Position numbers and translations under genes: made by a program
The notes under the pieces: model-generated
The model's database searches: none
What the model saw: the letters and a program-made list of their open reading frames with translations, nothing else
Told to the model about the DNA's origin: nothing
DNA from: a candidate division FCPU426 bacterium
Lineage (GTDB): Bacteria > Oederibacteriota > Muellerivitia > Muellerivitales > Muellerivitaceae
DNA: 64,000 bases
NCBI GenBank assembly: GCA_963796105.1
Contig: CAWCKJ010000003.1
Location: forward strand, 128,001-192,000
Reading direction: 5' to 3'
Part shown: piece by piece, positions 29,466-39,811 of the stretch
Position numbering within the stretch: position 1 is the first letter of the stretch
Layout of the letters: every line of letters starts with the position of its first letter

Positions 29466-30323
29466 GTGAATATGAAAGTTAAGCATCTGAAGAGTGTTAA
29501 GAAAACAATTTTAAAGAAGGAATCCAAATCGGCTTGGGAAAGGGTTCAATTGGCCCGGAATTCCCAACGCCCCTTTACGGGAGACTATATTCCGCGTATT
29601 TTCACGGATTTTACCGCCATCCATGGGGATCGGGCCTTTGGGGATGATCTTGCTATCATCGGCGGTTTCGCTTACCTGGAAAGCCAACCGGTGGTGGTTT
29701 TGGGCCACCAAAAAGGCCATGACACAAAAGAAAATCTCCGCCGGAATTTCGGGATGCCTCATCCTGAAGGATACCGAAAGGCCCTCCGAATCATGAAATT
29801 GGGTGAGAAGTTCAAAAAGCCCATCATTTCATTCATTGATACGGCTGGGGCATACCCTGGCATTGGTGCTGAGGAACGTGGACAAGCCGAAGCTATCGCC
29901 CGTAATCTATTTGAAATGGCCAAACTCAAGGTTCCCGTGATCTCGGTCGTTCTGGGAGAAGGGGGAAGCGGGGGAGCCATCGGAATCGGGGTGGCTAACC
30001 GGGTTCTCATGATGGAAAACGCCTGGTATTCGGTCATCTCCCCGGAAGGTTGCGCGGCCATCCTTTGGGATGATCGGGAGAAAATTCAGCAAGCCGCCGA
30101 AGTGTTGAGGCTGACCGGAATGGATCTTCTTGATTTGAAAGTAATCGATGAGATCATTCCTGAACCCCATGGAGGAGCGCAGAACAATTTTGACGAAGCG
30201 GCGTACCAATTGAAAAAATCCCTTCTGAAGCACTTGTCAGTTCTCACGAAAATGTCACCGACGGAACTAGAGGCTCAAAGGTACCAGAAATTCCGGGCAA
30301 TCGGTGTTTTCAAGGAAAAATAG
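29466..30323 (+). CDS. accA: Acetyl-CoA carboxylase carboxyltransferase alpha subunit
   Basis: [47 protein letters not shown]. Confidence 0.97.
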   Translation: MNMKVKHLKSVKKTILKKESKSAWERVQLARNSQRPFTGDYIPRIFTDFTAIHGDRAFGDDLAIIGGFAYLESQPVVVLGHQKGHDTKENLRRNFGMPHPEGYRKALRIMKLGEKFKKPIISFIDTAGAYPGIGAEERGQAEAIARNLFEMAKLKVPVISVVLGEGGSGGAIGIGVANRVLMMENAWYSVISPEGCAAILWDDREKIQQAAEVLRLTGMDLLDLKVIDEIIPEPHGGAQNNFDEAAYQLKKSLLKHLSVLTKMSPTELEAQRYQKFRAIGVFKEK

Positions 30324-30363
30324 AAATTTAAAAAACTACCCACTTTAAAGGTTTCGGCGTTTC

Positions 30364-31089
30364 ATGATCCCCAGCCTTAAATCATTTTTTGTGTTTTTTT
30401 TAATGTTCGCATTATTCTGCCTTAACCCATTAACCTCTTGGTCTAAACCCCGGATTGTCCTCTTCGCCGCGCACGGCGGGTCGGAAGCAGGTGTGAAATC
30501 CGGTTCGGAATTGGAAAAAGACTGGAACTTAAAGATGGCTCTAACCCTTCAAAAATCCTTCGAAACAGCAGGGTTTGAGGTGGTGATGATCCGAAAAGGG
30601 GATCAAACTATTCCCCCTGAAAGATGGGTCAACCAAATTAATACTTCCCAGGCTTCCTTGGCCATCATCATTCATGCCGAAAGGGAATGGACGGGTAAAA
30701 TCACAGGCCCACTTCTGGTGGTGGAGCCGCCATCACGTTCTGATGCCGGCGAGGAGGGCGTCCAGAAATGGGGAGCGGTCAATATGACCCAATTCAGATC
30801 AAGCCTTAAACTAGCGAGGGCCATCGGACAAAAATTAGGTGTGAATTTGGCACTCAATAACCTTTCCGATACCAGGACCCTGGCTGGCGAAGCCGTCTCT
30901 CCGGAGGGAAGAATTTTCTGTGTGCCCCATCAAAGTTTGAGATGGCTGACTATTCCCTCGGTGGTATTGACACCTTTATTTTTAACATCCTCCCAAGATA
31001 TTAGAATGATGAGCCTTCAAAGTGGCGTGCAGTCTTTTGCAACGAATACGGTTTCTGGGACTATGGATTTTCTCCGGATTAACCCGTGA
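30364..31089 (+). CDS. Amidase_3 (N-acetylmuramoyl-L-alanine amidase)-like exported protein lacking the catalytic Glu
   Basis: AAHGG, EKDWNL and IIIHA zinc ligands present; PAVLVE is replaced by PSVVLT. Confidence 0.75.
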   Translation: MIPSLKSFFVFFLMFALFCLNPLTSWSKPRIVLFAAHGGSEAGVKSGSELEKDWNLKMALTLQKSFETAGFEVVMIRKGDQTIPPERWVNQINTSQASLAIIIHAEREWTGKITGPLLVVEPPSRSDAGEEGVQKWGAVNMTQFRSSLKLARAIGQKLGVNLALNNLSDTRTLAGEAVSPEGRIFCVPHQSLRWLTIPSVVLTPLFLTSSQDIRMMSLQSGVQSFATNTVSGTMDFLRINP

Positions 31090-31784
31090 CAAGACCCCCG
31101 AAATCAAAGGACCAGTTAAAACTATTCCGCAACGACACCGGCAATATGGGCGGCCTTAATCAAGAAAGACTTGGTATGGACGTTGAAAAAACCAACTCGA
31201 ATTTTAAAATCATCTACTTCGCGTTTCTGTTTTTGGTTTTTATTCTCGGATCATGGATTATTGTTCATTACGCAAAACGTTCGGACGTGAAAGAAACTAT
31301 TGCCAGTCCGGCGCATGACAATAAACTCTATGAACCGCAGGATAAACTTTGGTCTATCTTGGTCAAGGAAGTGGATACGGAAAACGGAAAGGCCTCTAAT
31401 TTGCCCGTGACCATCCGGCGGAGTAAAACCCGGTATAGCCAGATGAAACAGGCTGTGTTGGCTTTTATCCATGGACCTAGGTCCGGAAAATTCCAGGTGC
31501 CGGTTCCGGAAGGCGTTGATATAAACGAGTTTTATGTAACCCGTGAGGAAATCGCGGTGGTGGATTTAACCTTGTCGAATGTTAAAAAGGAAGAATTCGG
31601 CTTTTACGAGGAGACCCTATTTGTCCGGGGCCTGATTGAGACTTTGAGCAGGAACTTTTACGAGATCAAACAAGTGAAAATTTTAGTGGATGGTCAAGAC
31701 GCCCCGACCCTTTGCGGGCATTATGCATTGGGAACCGCTGATAGCGCTTCGGCGTCTTTCACCGCCGGAAAAGCGGCTCGCTAA
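31086..31784 (+). CDS. GerMN domain membrane-anchored protein
   Basis: One TM helix, then GP....PVPEG...AVVDL...E...LIETL..NF..IKQVKILVDG...TLCGH. Confidence 0.85.
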   Translation: MTRPPKSKDQLKLFRNDTGNMGGLNQERLGMDVEKTNSNFKIIYFAFLFLVFILGSWIIVHYAKRSDVKETIASPAHDNKLYEPQDKLWSILVKEVDTENGKASNLPVTIRRSKTRYSQMKQAVLAFIHGPRSGKFQVPVPEGVDINEFYVTREEIAVVDLTLSNVKKEEFGFYEETLFVRGLIETLSRNFYEIKQVKILVDGQDAPTLCGHYALGTADSASASFTAGKAAR

Positions 31785-31849
31785 AATATTGTTTCCGCCG
31801 TTATGTTACGGCGCTTTAATCTAAACCCGAGATCAGGTAATGAGGAAAA

Positions 31850-34522
31850 ATGGATATGGAACAGGAAAATGAAAATAATTTACCGTCGGCTTATAACCCC
31901 GCGGAGGTGGAAAACCGTTGGTACTCCCTGTGGGAAAGCTCCGGCGATTTCACGGCATCCACCACTTCCGAGAAACCAGCCTTTTGTTTGGTGATTCCTC
32001 CTCCCAACGTGACGGGAAGCCTTCACATGGGGCACGCTTTGAATGAAACCCTTCAGGACCTGATCGCGCGTTTCAAACGCATGAATGGTTTTAACGTTCT
32101 TTGGCTTCCTGGGTGCGACCACGCGGGAATTGCAACCCAGAATGTCGTGGAAAAGGAATTGAAAAAAGAGGGCAAGACTCGACACGACCTTGGCCGTGAG
32201 GCCTTCGTGAAACGTGTATGGGATTGGAAAGCGAAATACGGCGCGACCATCATGCGCCAATTAAGAAAACTCGGCTCATCCTGCGACTGGACCCGGGAGC
32301 GTTTTACGATGGATGAGGGCCTCTCAAAGGCCGTGCGAAAAGTATTCATATCCCTTTTTAACGAAAAGTTAATTTACCAGGACTATTACCTGATTAATTG
32401 GTGCCCCAGGTGCCAAACGGCTCTTTCCGATATCGAGGTGGAACACAAAACCACTCAAGGCAATTTTTACCATATCCGTTATCCCCTTGTTCAGAATCCT
32501 AGCGAGGGATTGGAAGTGGCCACCACCAGGCCCGAGACCCTTCTGGGCGATACGGCGGTGGCGGTTCATCCTGAGGATGAGCGTTACTTAGAATTGGCGG
32601 GTCAATTCGTCATTCTTCCGCTGGTCAAACGCCAGATACCCATTATCAAGGACGCCTATGTTGACAGGGAATTCGGAACCGGTGTGGTTAAAATCACTCC
32701 CGCGCACGACTTCAACGATTTTCAGGTAGGAAATCGCCATAAGCTCGAGCGGATCAATATCCTGAATCCGGATGGAACTTTGAGCAAAGCCGCCGGCGCC
32801 TACCAGGGTTTGGATCGGTTTGAGGCCCGAAAAATGGTATTGAAGGATTTGGAAACTCAAGGCCTTCTTCTGAAAACCGTGCCCCATGAACATAACGTGG
32901 GCCATTGCTACCGATGCGGAACGGTGGTGGAACCCTATTACTCCAAGCAATGGTTTGTCCGGATGAAGCCATTGGCCGAGAAGGCGCTGGAGGCAGTGGC
33001 AGAGGGCAAAACCAAGTTTGTACCTGAGATATGGCGCGTCGAATATGAGCGATGGCTGGGACAGATTCATGATTGGTGCATCAGCCGCCAGATCTGGTGG
33101 GGCCACCGAATCCCGGTTTATACCTGCAAGCAATGCAATACCCAGGTCGCCGCGGAAGAAACCCCAAATAACTGTCCAAGAGGTCATGCCGGGCCCATGG
33201 AACAGGATCCGGATGTCTTGGACACTTGGTTCTCATCCGGCCTTTGGCCCTTTTCCGCTTTGGGCTGGCCTGAAAAAACCAAGGATTTGGAAATTTTTTA
33301 TCCCACTTCGGTTTTGGTGACTTCCTGGGACATCCTGACCTTCTGGGTGGCCAGAATGATGATGATGGGCTTGAAATTTATGGGAGATGTGCCCTTCCGG
33401 GAGGTTTATATCTACTCCCTCGTGGCGGACGCTGAAGGCAAGAAGATGAGCAAATCCACGGGAAACGTGGTGGACCCGCTTGGCTTGATCGAGCAGTACG
33501 GCACCGACGCCCTGCGTTTTACTTTGACCAGTATCGAGACGAAGCAGAGGTATGTTTCCTTGACCCCTCAAAAACTCGAATCATCCAGGAATTTCGCCAA
33601 CAAACTTTACAACGCCGCTCGCTTTGTCCTGATGGGATTGGCGGACGGCACAGAAGTAAAATCTTTAACAAGAGAGGATTTTCAGAATTTGAAATTAGAG
33701 GACAAGTGGATTTTGACGCGCTTGGCCCAGGTCATTCGGGAAGTAAGCGGGGATTACGAAAAATACCGGGTGGCCGAGCTTTCTCAGACACTTTACCGTT
33801 TTCTCTGGAACGAGGTTTGCGATTGGTACCTGGAAGCAGTGAAACCCAGGCTTTATCTTGATCCCAAGTCGGAGGAGAAGAAGTTAGCCGCCTCGGTGAC
33901 GGTCACGGTTTTGGACGCGGTTCTCCGGCTTTTACATCCGATCATGCCTTTTGTGACCGAGGAATTGTGGCACAAGCTCCCAGGGAAGACCCGAAGTATC
34001 ATGAAGGCATCCTGGCCCGTAGCCTCCGACTATCACGAGAACGAAACGGCCGTCAAGGATTTCGAATTCCTTCAGGAAGTGATCACGGTAATCAGAACCA
34101 GCCGAAGCGAATTAAATATTCCTCCGGGGGCGATGGTGAAGGTGGATGTCCTGGGGAATAAAGAAATCCAAGAAAAAATCATTTCCGGGTTATCACTCAT
34201 TAAATTTTTAGCCCGGGTTGGGGAAATTGGCCCAACTTCAAACCGGCCGATTGTTCCCGCCGCGGTCGCCAAAATTAAAGATTGTGAAATTTTTGTCCTG
34301 CTTGAAAGTTATGTGGATTTGAACAAGGAGATTTCAAAGATAAAAAATGAGATTGAAAAACAATCGAACTACATCAAGTCTATTGAGGCTAAACTCTCCA
34401 ACGAGCAGTTCGTTAAAAAAGCGCCAGCGGGGATGGTGGAGGCCGAAAAAAACAAGATCGACTTGGCCCGAACAAGGATTGAACATTTTGAGGTGAATCT
34501 GCGGCAGATAAACGGGGCATAA
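31850..34522 (+). CDS. valS: Valine--tRNA ligase
   Basis: PPPNVTGSLHMGH, DWCISRQIWWGH, DVLDTWFSS, KMSKS, C-terminal coiled coil. Confidence 0.98.
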   Translation: MDMEQENENNLPSAYNPAEVENRWYSLWESSGDFTASTTSEKPAFCLVIPPPNVTGSLHMGHALNETLQDLIARFKRMNGFNVLWLPGCDHAGIATQNVVEKELKKEGKTRHDLGREAFVKRVWDWKAKYGATIMRQLRKLGSSCDWTRERFTMDEGLSKAVRKVFISLFNEKLIYQDYYLINWCPRCQTALSDIEVEHKTTQGNFYHIRYPLVQNPSEGLEVATTRPETLLGDTAVAVHPEDERYLELAGQFVILPLVKRQIPIIKDAYVDREFGTGVVKITPAHDFNDFQVGNRHKLERINILNPDGTLSKAAGAYQGLDRFEARKMVLKDLETQGLLLKTVPHEHNVGHCYRCGTVVEPYYSKQWFVRMKPLAEKALEAVAEGKTKFVPEIWRVEYERWLGQIHDWCISRQIWWGHRIPVYTCKQCNTQVAAEETPNNCPRGHAGPMEQDPDVLDTWFSSGLWPFSALGWPEKTKDLEIFYPTSVLVTSWDILTFWVARMMMMGLKFMGDVPFREVYIYSLVADAEGKKMSKSTGNVVDPLGLIEQYGTDALRFTLTSIETKQRYVSLTPQKLESSRNFANKLYNAARFVLMGLADGTEVKSLTREDFQNLKLEDKWILTRLAQVIREVSGDYEKYRVAELSQTLYRFLWNEVCDWYLEAVKPRLYLDPKSEEKKLAASVTVTVLDAVLRLLHPIMPFVTEELWHKLPGKTRSIMKASWPVASDYHENETAVKDFEFLQEVITVIRTSRSELNIPPGAMVKVDVLGNKEIQEKIISGLSLIKFLARVGEIGPTSNRPIVPAAVAKIKDCEIFVLLESYVDLNKEISKIKNEIEKQSNYIKSIEAKLSNEQFVKKAPAGMVEAEKNKIDLARTRIEHFEVNLRQINGA

Positions 34523-34523
34523 T

Positions 34524-35387
34524 TTGATCAATGAAAAAATCAAAAAACCGATTGCCTTGGATTTGAAATCCGTTAGAAACCTCCTGCTGGACACCCTGCG
34601 TGAGGATGGGGCTTGGAATGATCGGACGACCAAAGCCGTTATTCCCCAGAGCCTCAGGGCTAAAGGAGAGGTCCTGGCCAAGGAATCAGGAATCCTAGCG
34701 GGACTTCCGATCATGGCGGAAATTTACAGGATCCTGGATAAAAGGTGCCGGTTGAAACCTCTTTGCCAGGAAGGGACAAGGTTCCGGCGAGGACAAAAGG
34801 TGGCCATTCTCAAGGGCCCGGCATGCTCCCTCCTTTCAGGGGAGAGGAGCGGGCTGAATCTTTTAAGCCGCTTATCGGGCGTGGCGACTTTGACCAGGAA
34901 GATGAGGGGAATCCTGGGCGTCGACAAGCTTTTTGATACCCGCAAAACCACGCCTCTTTGGAGAGTGCTGGAACGCTACGCCGTGAGTGTGGGTGGCGGA
35001 AACAACCACCGGTTCAACCTAGCGGGCCATGTTCTTTTGAAGGATAACCACTTGAGGCTTGGAGGGGGTGTTTACAACTGCGTCAAAAGCGCCCGGAAAA
35101 AGTACGGCCCCAAGGAATTCATCGAGGTGGAAGTGGAGGATTTTGAAGGCGCAGCGGAAGCCTTGAGGGCGGGAGCCGACATCATCCTAGTGGATAACTC
35201 TTCCCTGGCCCTTCTTAAAAAAATACAAGTGTTGGTCAAGGCAAAGATGGAAATCGAAGTGTCAGGCGGTTTGCGCAGGGACAATATCTTCCGATATAAA
35301 TTTTTGAAAGTGGACCGGTTTTCCTCGGGAGCCTTGACCCATTCAGCAAAAGCGGTCGATTTTTCAATCGAGCTTTATCCCCTTTGA
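34524..35387 (+). CDS. nadC: Nicotinate-nucleotide diphosphorylase (carboxylating)
   Basis: GER..LN, DTRKTTP, NHR, KDNH, EVEV, EVSGG, GALTHS. Confidence 0.95.
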   Translation: MINEKIKKPIALDLKSVRNLLLDTLREDGAWNDRTTKAVIPQSLRAKGEVLAKESGILAGLPIMAEIYRILDKRCRLKPLCQEGTRFRRGQKVAILKGPACSLLSGERSGLNLLSRLSGVATLTRKMRGILGVDKLFDTRKTTPLWRVLERYAVSVGGGNNHRFNLAGHVLLKDNHLRLGGGVYNCVKSARKKYGPKEFIEVEVEDFEGAAEALRAGADIILVDNSSLALLKKIQVLVKAKMEIEVSGGLRRDNIFRYKFLKVDRFSSGALTHSAKAVDFSIELYPL

Positions 35388-36208
35388 GATCCCCGAAAGG
35401 AAAGCCTGCTTCATTGACCCCCGAAGCACTCCGGAGGGGCTTGAAGACCGCCTCTTTCGGCAAGATCCTTTTCTGCTTTGACAAGCTGTCTTCTACGAAC
35501 GATCTGGCGCTGGAATTGGCGCGGGGAGGCGCCGAGGAGGGAACCCTCATCGTCGCGGAGGCCCAGACCAAGGGGAGGGGCCGCCAAGGCAGGAAGTGGG
35601 TTTCCACGCCGGGAAAGTCCATCACATTTTCCCTCATTTTGAGGCCGAACCTCCTGGCGGATGAGATGCCTGAAATCACTCTGGCCGCGGCCGTGGCCGT
35701 CGCGAGAACCCTTGAGAAGTGGAATTTCAAACCAACCATCAAATGGCCTAATGATATTCAAATCGCGGGCCGGAAAGTCTGCGGCATTTTGACCGAAATG
35801 GGATCGAAAAAAGATAAAATGGGCCTTGCCGCGGTGCTTGGAATCGGTTTGAACCTGAATCAAACACCCGATGATTTTCCCGAGGAGATCCGGCGGACCG
35901 GCGCAAGCCTCCTGGGCCTGAAGGGCAGGAACATTCCGAGAGTCCGATTTTTCCAGGACCTTCTTTTGCGGCTCGAGGAAGCCTATGCCTGGGTGAGGGA
36001 AAGAAGATTCACCAAAGTTCTTTTTGAATGGAGGAAAAGGGCGTCCACCCTCGGTAAACAGGTCAAAGTTCATCAAGCGCACCGTGTTTTCTACGGCCAG
36101 GTCCTTGATGTTGACGAAAAAGGCGCATTGCTGGTCAGGAACGATTTGGGAATGCTGGAAAGGGTCACATCCGGCGACGTGGAAATCCTGTCGTTGAGGA
36201 AAAGATAG
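35384..36208 (+). CDS. birA: Biotin--protein ligase without N-terminal HTH
   Basis: SSTND, QTKGRGRQGRKW, KWPND, KVCGIL, GIGLN. Confidence 0.95.
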   Translation: MRSPKGKPASLTPEALRRGLKTASFGKILFCFDKLSSTNDLALELARGGAEEGTLIVAEAQTKGRGRQGRKWVSTPGKSITFSLILRPNLLADEMPEITLAAAVAVARTLEKWNFKPTIKWPNDIQIAGRKVCGILTEMGSKKDKMGLAAVLGIGLNLNQTPDDFPEEIRRTGASLLGLKGRNIPRVRFFQDLLLRLEEAYAWVRERRFTKVLFEWRKRASTLGKQVKVHQAHRVFYGQVLDVDEKGALLVRNDLGMLERVTSGDVEILSLRKR

Positions 36209-36216
36209 GAGATTTT

Positions 36217-36969
36217 ATGTTCTGGTCCGTGGACATCGGGAACAGCCGCGCCGTGTCCGGCTATATGAGGGGCATTCATCCGGTCCGAAAAACCTTTGTC
36301 GAAACCAGCCGCCTTCGGACCCTTTCTGGAGCCCTCCGGTGGGCTAAAGGGCTTCAAAAAAAAGGGCCGGGAGAGGGCTTTATCATCGCGAGTGTGGTTC
36401 CGGCCGTTGATGGAATGGTCCGCATGGCCGTTGAAAAGGCATCGGGCCAAGCCCCGTTTTTCGTGAATCCCCTTAGGAATCCCGGAATATCTATTCATTA
36501 CCGGAAACCCAGGGAGGTTGGTGCCGATCGAATCGTCAACAGCATAGCCGCCAAGAAAATCTTCGGTGCGCCAGTGATTGTCGTGGATTACGGGACCGCT
36601 ACGACTTTCGATGTCGTGGACGGCGGGGGAGCCTATCGGGGGGGCGTCATATGGCCAGGAATAGGCATGTCATTGAAAGCTCTCCACCAGCAAACCGCGA
36701 AACTGCCCCTTGTGACCTTCGCCAAGACCCGAAGCGCGGTTGGGACGACAACTAAGGATGGAATCAGGTCCGGACTATATTTAGGGACTTTAGGAGCGAC
36801 TCGGGAAATTTTATCCAGAATACGGAAACAACTCGGATCGACTGCTCCTGCAGTCGCCACAGGCGGTTTTTGCCGATTGTTCGAGGGAACCGGATTATAT
36901 TCCAGGATTGAGCCGGATTTGACTTTGAAGGGTCTAGCCATGATTTGGAATGAAAGATTCGGGGTTTAG
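36217..36969 (+). CDS. coaX: Type III pantothenate kinase
   Basis: VDIGNS, ASVVP, VGADR, VDYGTATT, GG.I.PG, ATGG. Confidence 0.95.
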   Translation: MFWSVDIGNSRAVSGYMRGIHPVRKTFVETSRLRTLSGALRWAKGLQKKGPGEGFIIASVVPAVDGMVRMAVEKASGQAPFFVNPLRNPGISIHYRKPREVGADRIVNSIAAKKIFGAPVIVVDYGTATTFDVVDGGGAYRGGVIWPGIGMSLKALHQQTAKLPLVTFAKTRSAVGTTTKDGIRSGLYLGTLGATREILSRIRKQLGSTAPAVATGGFCRLFEGTGLYSRIEPDLTLKGLAMIWNERFGV

Positions 36970-37020
36970 AAGCCTGCATCCTTAATGAGAGAGAAGAACT
37001 TTAGGCATAAATTGTAAGCA

Positions 37021-37053
37021 CTGAAAAAGTCTGCGATATACCGACTTTTTCAG
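37021..37053. terminator. 11-bp perfect inverted repeat after coaX (terminator or protein-binding site)
   Basis: CTGAAAAAGTC-N11-GACTTTTTCAG. Confidence 0.45.
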
Positions 37054-37254
37054 AAATCATTGAAAATAATCTCATGATTTTCTGTCCAACTTGGTTTGAA
37101 ATCTGATAAAGATAACTGGGCGAGAAAATCCTGGGATCAAAACCTCTCTTGGAAGCTTTATTTTAGTTTTTCAGAGGTTTTAAGTTTATGTGTCGGCCGT
37201 CTAAAAAAAGAAAACTTAGGGGCATACAAGCCGTCCCCGAATCGAGCGTGATTC

Positions 37255-39615
37255 GTGCCAAGTATCGAGGAAGTCGCGGCGGAGGAAGAATTACGCCTGA
37301 GGGAGGAATCCCTCGAAAGACGGCGGAAATTTTCCATTTTCGCAGGAACGTTTTTATTGTTCGGCGGCTGGTTCTACTTCGCAAAAGGCTGGATGAACAG
37401 GGGAAGTTTTTTAATCCTAATTTCCTACCTTTTCTTGCTTCATGCGATGGGGCTAAAAAAATATTTCGAGAAATGGTCCCGTGGAAATTTGCTGTCCGCC
37501 GCTCCGGTTGCGGCTGGCCTGCTCGCACTCTATGAAACAACCCATATCTCACGTTTTTATTGGGGGAAAGACCCATCCTTTTGGCTCGCCGTCCACGCTG
37601 GCGCCGTGGGCGATCCCTTTTGGTCCCCTTTGCCGGTCCTTTTCGGCCAAGCCCTTTGTTTCCTGTTTCCGACCCGGACATTCACGCTTCTTCCCGTCGC
37701 GTCCGCCTTAGTTCTTTCTCTCGCCTCGATCATGGCCCTTGGGGAGTTATTCTGGCAATTGAAATCGCAAAGCATGATCAACAAGGTGATCGCAAGCCTC
37801 CTTTGCATGGCCGTCGGATTCAGCCGCCCATGGTGGGACGCGGGAACAATCGGATCTGGGATGGTCGCGTCCCTGGGGCTTGTTCTTTTCCTGACCCAAA
37901 GGAATCTTCTCAACACGGAGGAAAAACCATGGGACTGCCTTTGGATGATCCTGGGGTTACTTTTCAGCGTGCATCCCCTTTGGGGCTTGTTGGGTCTTTT
38001 CAACCACCTGATCCAGGTGGACCTTCAGGCGAAGGACTTTAAAGTCTCTTGGAGCCCCTTGGCCCTGGGACTCACTCCCTACCTTTGGGTGTATTTCCGC
38101 GCCGGAACCTTTTTCCCGTCCTGGGGCGGAAATCACCCGTTTTATTATTTCGTTAAGGAATGGCGGAGTCTTTGGGATTGGCACCGAGGCACGGATTGGG
38201 ATCCCCTGAACGCGGCCGCGAGTTTCGGTGTAACCCTGGGCGTCTTATTCCTTTTTTTGGTCATTTTATGGATTTTAAACCTCCTGAAATGGAAAGTTGG
38301 CAACCCCAAAATGATCAGAGCCTCAGAGGTATGGATGTGTATTTTCGCCGCCATTTTGTCCTGGATTTCCTCATCCTCCTCCTCGGCGCAAGCGGGGCCC
38401 ACCGCCGTTTGGCTGCCAATGGGATTGGGATGCCTCCTGCTTTCATTCATCGAAAAAGGGATGGAGAGGAAACAAACGTCTTTTCTTTCCGGGACCCGCT
38501 TAGCCGCCGCGAGCGCTCTGATCCTGCTTTTATCCATCGGCCTAGCCTTTCTTCCCGGCCAGTATTTTTTTCGGTCGCAAATGACTTTTGCCGAGCAGCA
38601 CGCGCTGAATCTCCTGAGGGCTTTGAATGAGAAATCCATCCTTGTTTTCCAGGATCCCTTTGAGGCGGCGGCCTGCCGGGAGACGCGCCTCATGGATCCT
38701 CTACAGACCAAGGCCGTTTTTTTGGATGAACGATACTTGGACCGGCGTTGGTACATGGCCCAATGCATTAAAAGCCATCCGGAAGTGATTTTCTCCTCCA
38801 TTCAAGGTTCCCCTGAGGAGGTCGTGAAAAACCTGGCGGAAAATAACCTTCCGGAATGGGACATCCAATGGTCCCGTTCCAGGATGCCGGATGGTTGGAA
38901 GGGCCCGGGAACTTTCCCCACAGTATTAACCCAGGAGTTCACCGGAACGGATCTTGGCACCCAACCCCCCGGGAATATCCAATTTCGCTATGACCTGACC
39001 TCGCTTCCGGACCTGGAAAACAGGTTTTCCGATCCCGCTAACCGGTACATTAGAAGATACTCGGAGGGTTTCAATGAGCTGGGCTTGGCAATGATGGTTT
39101 TGGGGCAGTACTCAGCCGCCATACGTTCCTTTGAAAGGTCGGCCCATTTGAACCCGGGCGACCCGGAACCCCGGAAATCCCTTTTCGGAATATTCGCCCA
39201 GCAAAACATCATGGAGGCTGCCCGCCTGGATTTCGAGAAAACCATCAAGGAGCATCCGGCCCGGATCGAGGGTTTGATGCGCCAATTGGAACAAACGAAG
39301 AACAACCAGGATGAGGTTCAAACTGTCCTCTTGCTCGATCAAATGATCAAGCTGAACCAGGAACTATCCGACGCGCAATTCCATTTGGCGATGATCTATG
39401 AAAAACAAGGCAACATATCCGAGTCGAAATCTCTCTTGGAATCCTCCGTGAAATTAAACCCACAACGATTGGATGCCCAGTTGACTCTTGGACATTTAAT
39501 GGCCAAGTTGGGGAACCGCATCAAGGCAGAGGAGGCTTTTAGGTCCGTTCTCGGCTTGGATCCACAGAATAAAGAGGCCCAAAAGGAACTTTGGAAACTC
39601 TTGAACCAACCGTAA
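37255..39615 (+). CDS. Divergent DUF2723/TMEM260-like multi-pass membrane protein with C-terminal TPRs
   Basis: Many TM helices; GLTPYLWVYFRA...SWG segment typical of DUF2723; C-terminal TPRs (AQFHLAMIYEKQG; AQLTLGHL...LDPQN). Confidence 0.6.
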   Translation: MPSIEEVAAEEELRLREESLERRRKFSIFAGTFLLFGGWFYFAKGWMNRGSFLILISYLFLLHAMGLKKYFEKWSRGNLLSAAPVAAGLLALYETTHISRFYWGKDPSFWLAVHAGAVGDPFWSPLPVLFGQALCFLFPTRTFTLLPVASALVLSLASIMALGELFWQLKSQSMINKVIASLLCMAVGFSRPWWDAGTIGSGMVASLGLVLFLTQRNLLNTEEKPWDCLWMILGLLFSVHPLWGLLGLFNHLIQVDLQAKDFKVSWSPLALGLTPYLWVYFRAGTFFPSWGGNHPFYYFVKEWRSLWDWHRGTDWDPLNAAASFGVTLGVLFLFLVILWILNLLKWKVGNPKMIRASEVWMCIFAAILSWISSSSSSAQAGPTAVWLPMGLGCLLLSFIEKGMERKQTSFLSGTRLAAASALILLLSIGLAFLPGQYFFRSQMTFAEQHALNLLRALNEKSILVFQDPFEAAACRETRLMDPLQTKAVFLDERYLDRRWYMAQCIKSHPEVIFSSIQGSPEEVVKNLAENNLPEWDIQWSRSRMPDGWKGPGTFPTVLTQEFTGTDLGTQPPGNIQFRYDLTSLPDLENRFSDPANRYIRRYSEGFNELGLAMMVLGQYSAAIRSFERSAHLNPGDPEPRKSLFGIFAQQNIMEAARLDFEKTIKEHPARIEGLMRQLEQTKNNQDEVQTVLLLDQMIKLNQELSDAQFHLAMIYEKQGNISESKSLLESSVKLNPQRLDAQLTLGHLMAKLGNRIKAEEAFRSVLGLDPQNKEAQKELWKLLNQP

Positions 39616-39736
39616 CGCAAATTGAGTCCAAAGAACGCCCGAACAATGTACTTTTCCCCCCGCTTGAGTTGAACAGCCGCCTCGGCTGGTCATTGCCTTT
39701 TTCATGGATTTTTTACCGGGCCGGAAAAACGTTAAA

Positions 39737-39771
39737 ATATTGGGCTTTTCCAATATGAGTATTGCTATAAT
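39737..39771 (+). promoter_or_regulatory. Extended -10 promoter with palindrome over the -35 region, upstream of pilT-TPR
   Basis: ATATTGG-N6-CCAATAT (39737-39756) and TGCTATAAT (39763-39771). Confidence 0.5.
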
Positions 39772-39811
39772 AGTTTCACTTAACGCTTGGTTGTTTTAAA
39801 CGGGAGCTGGA

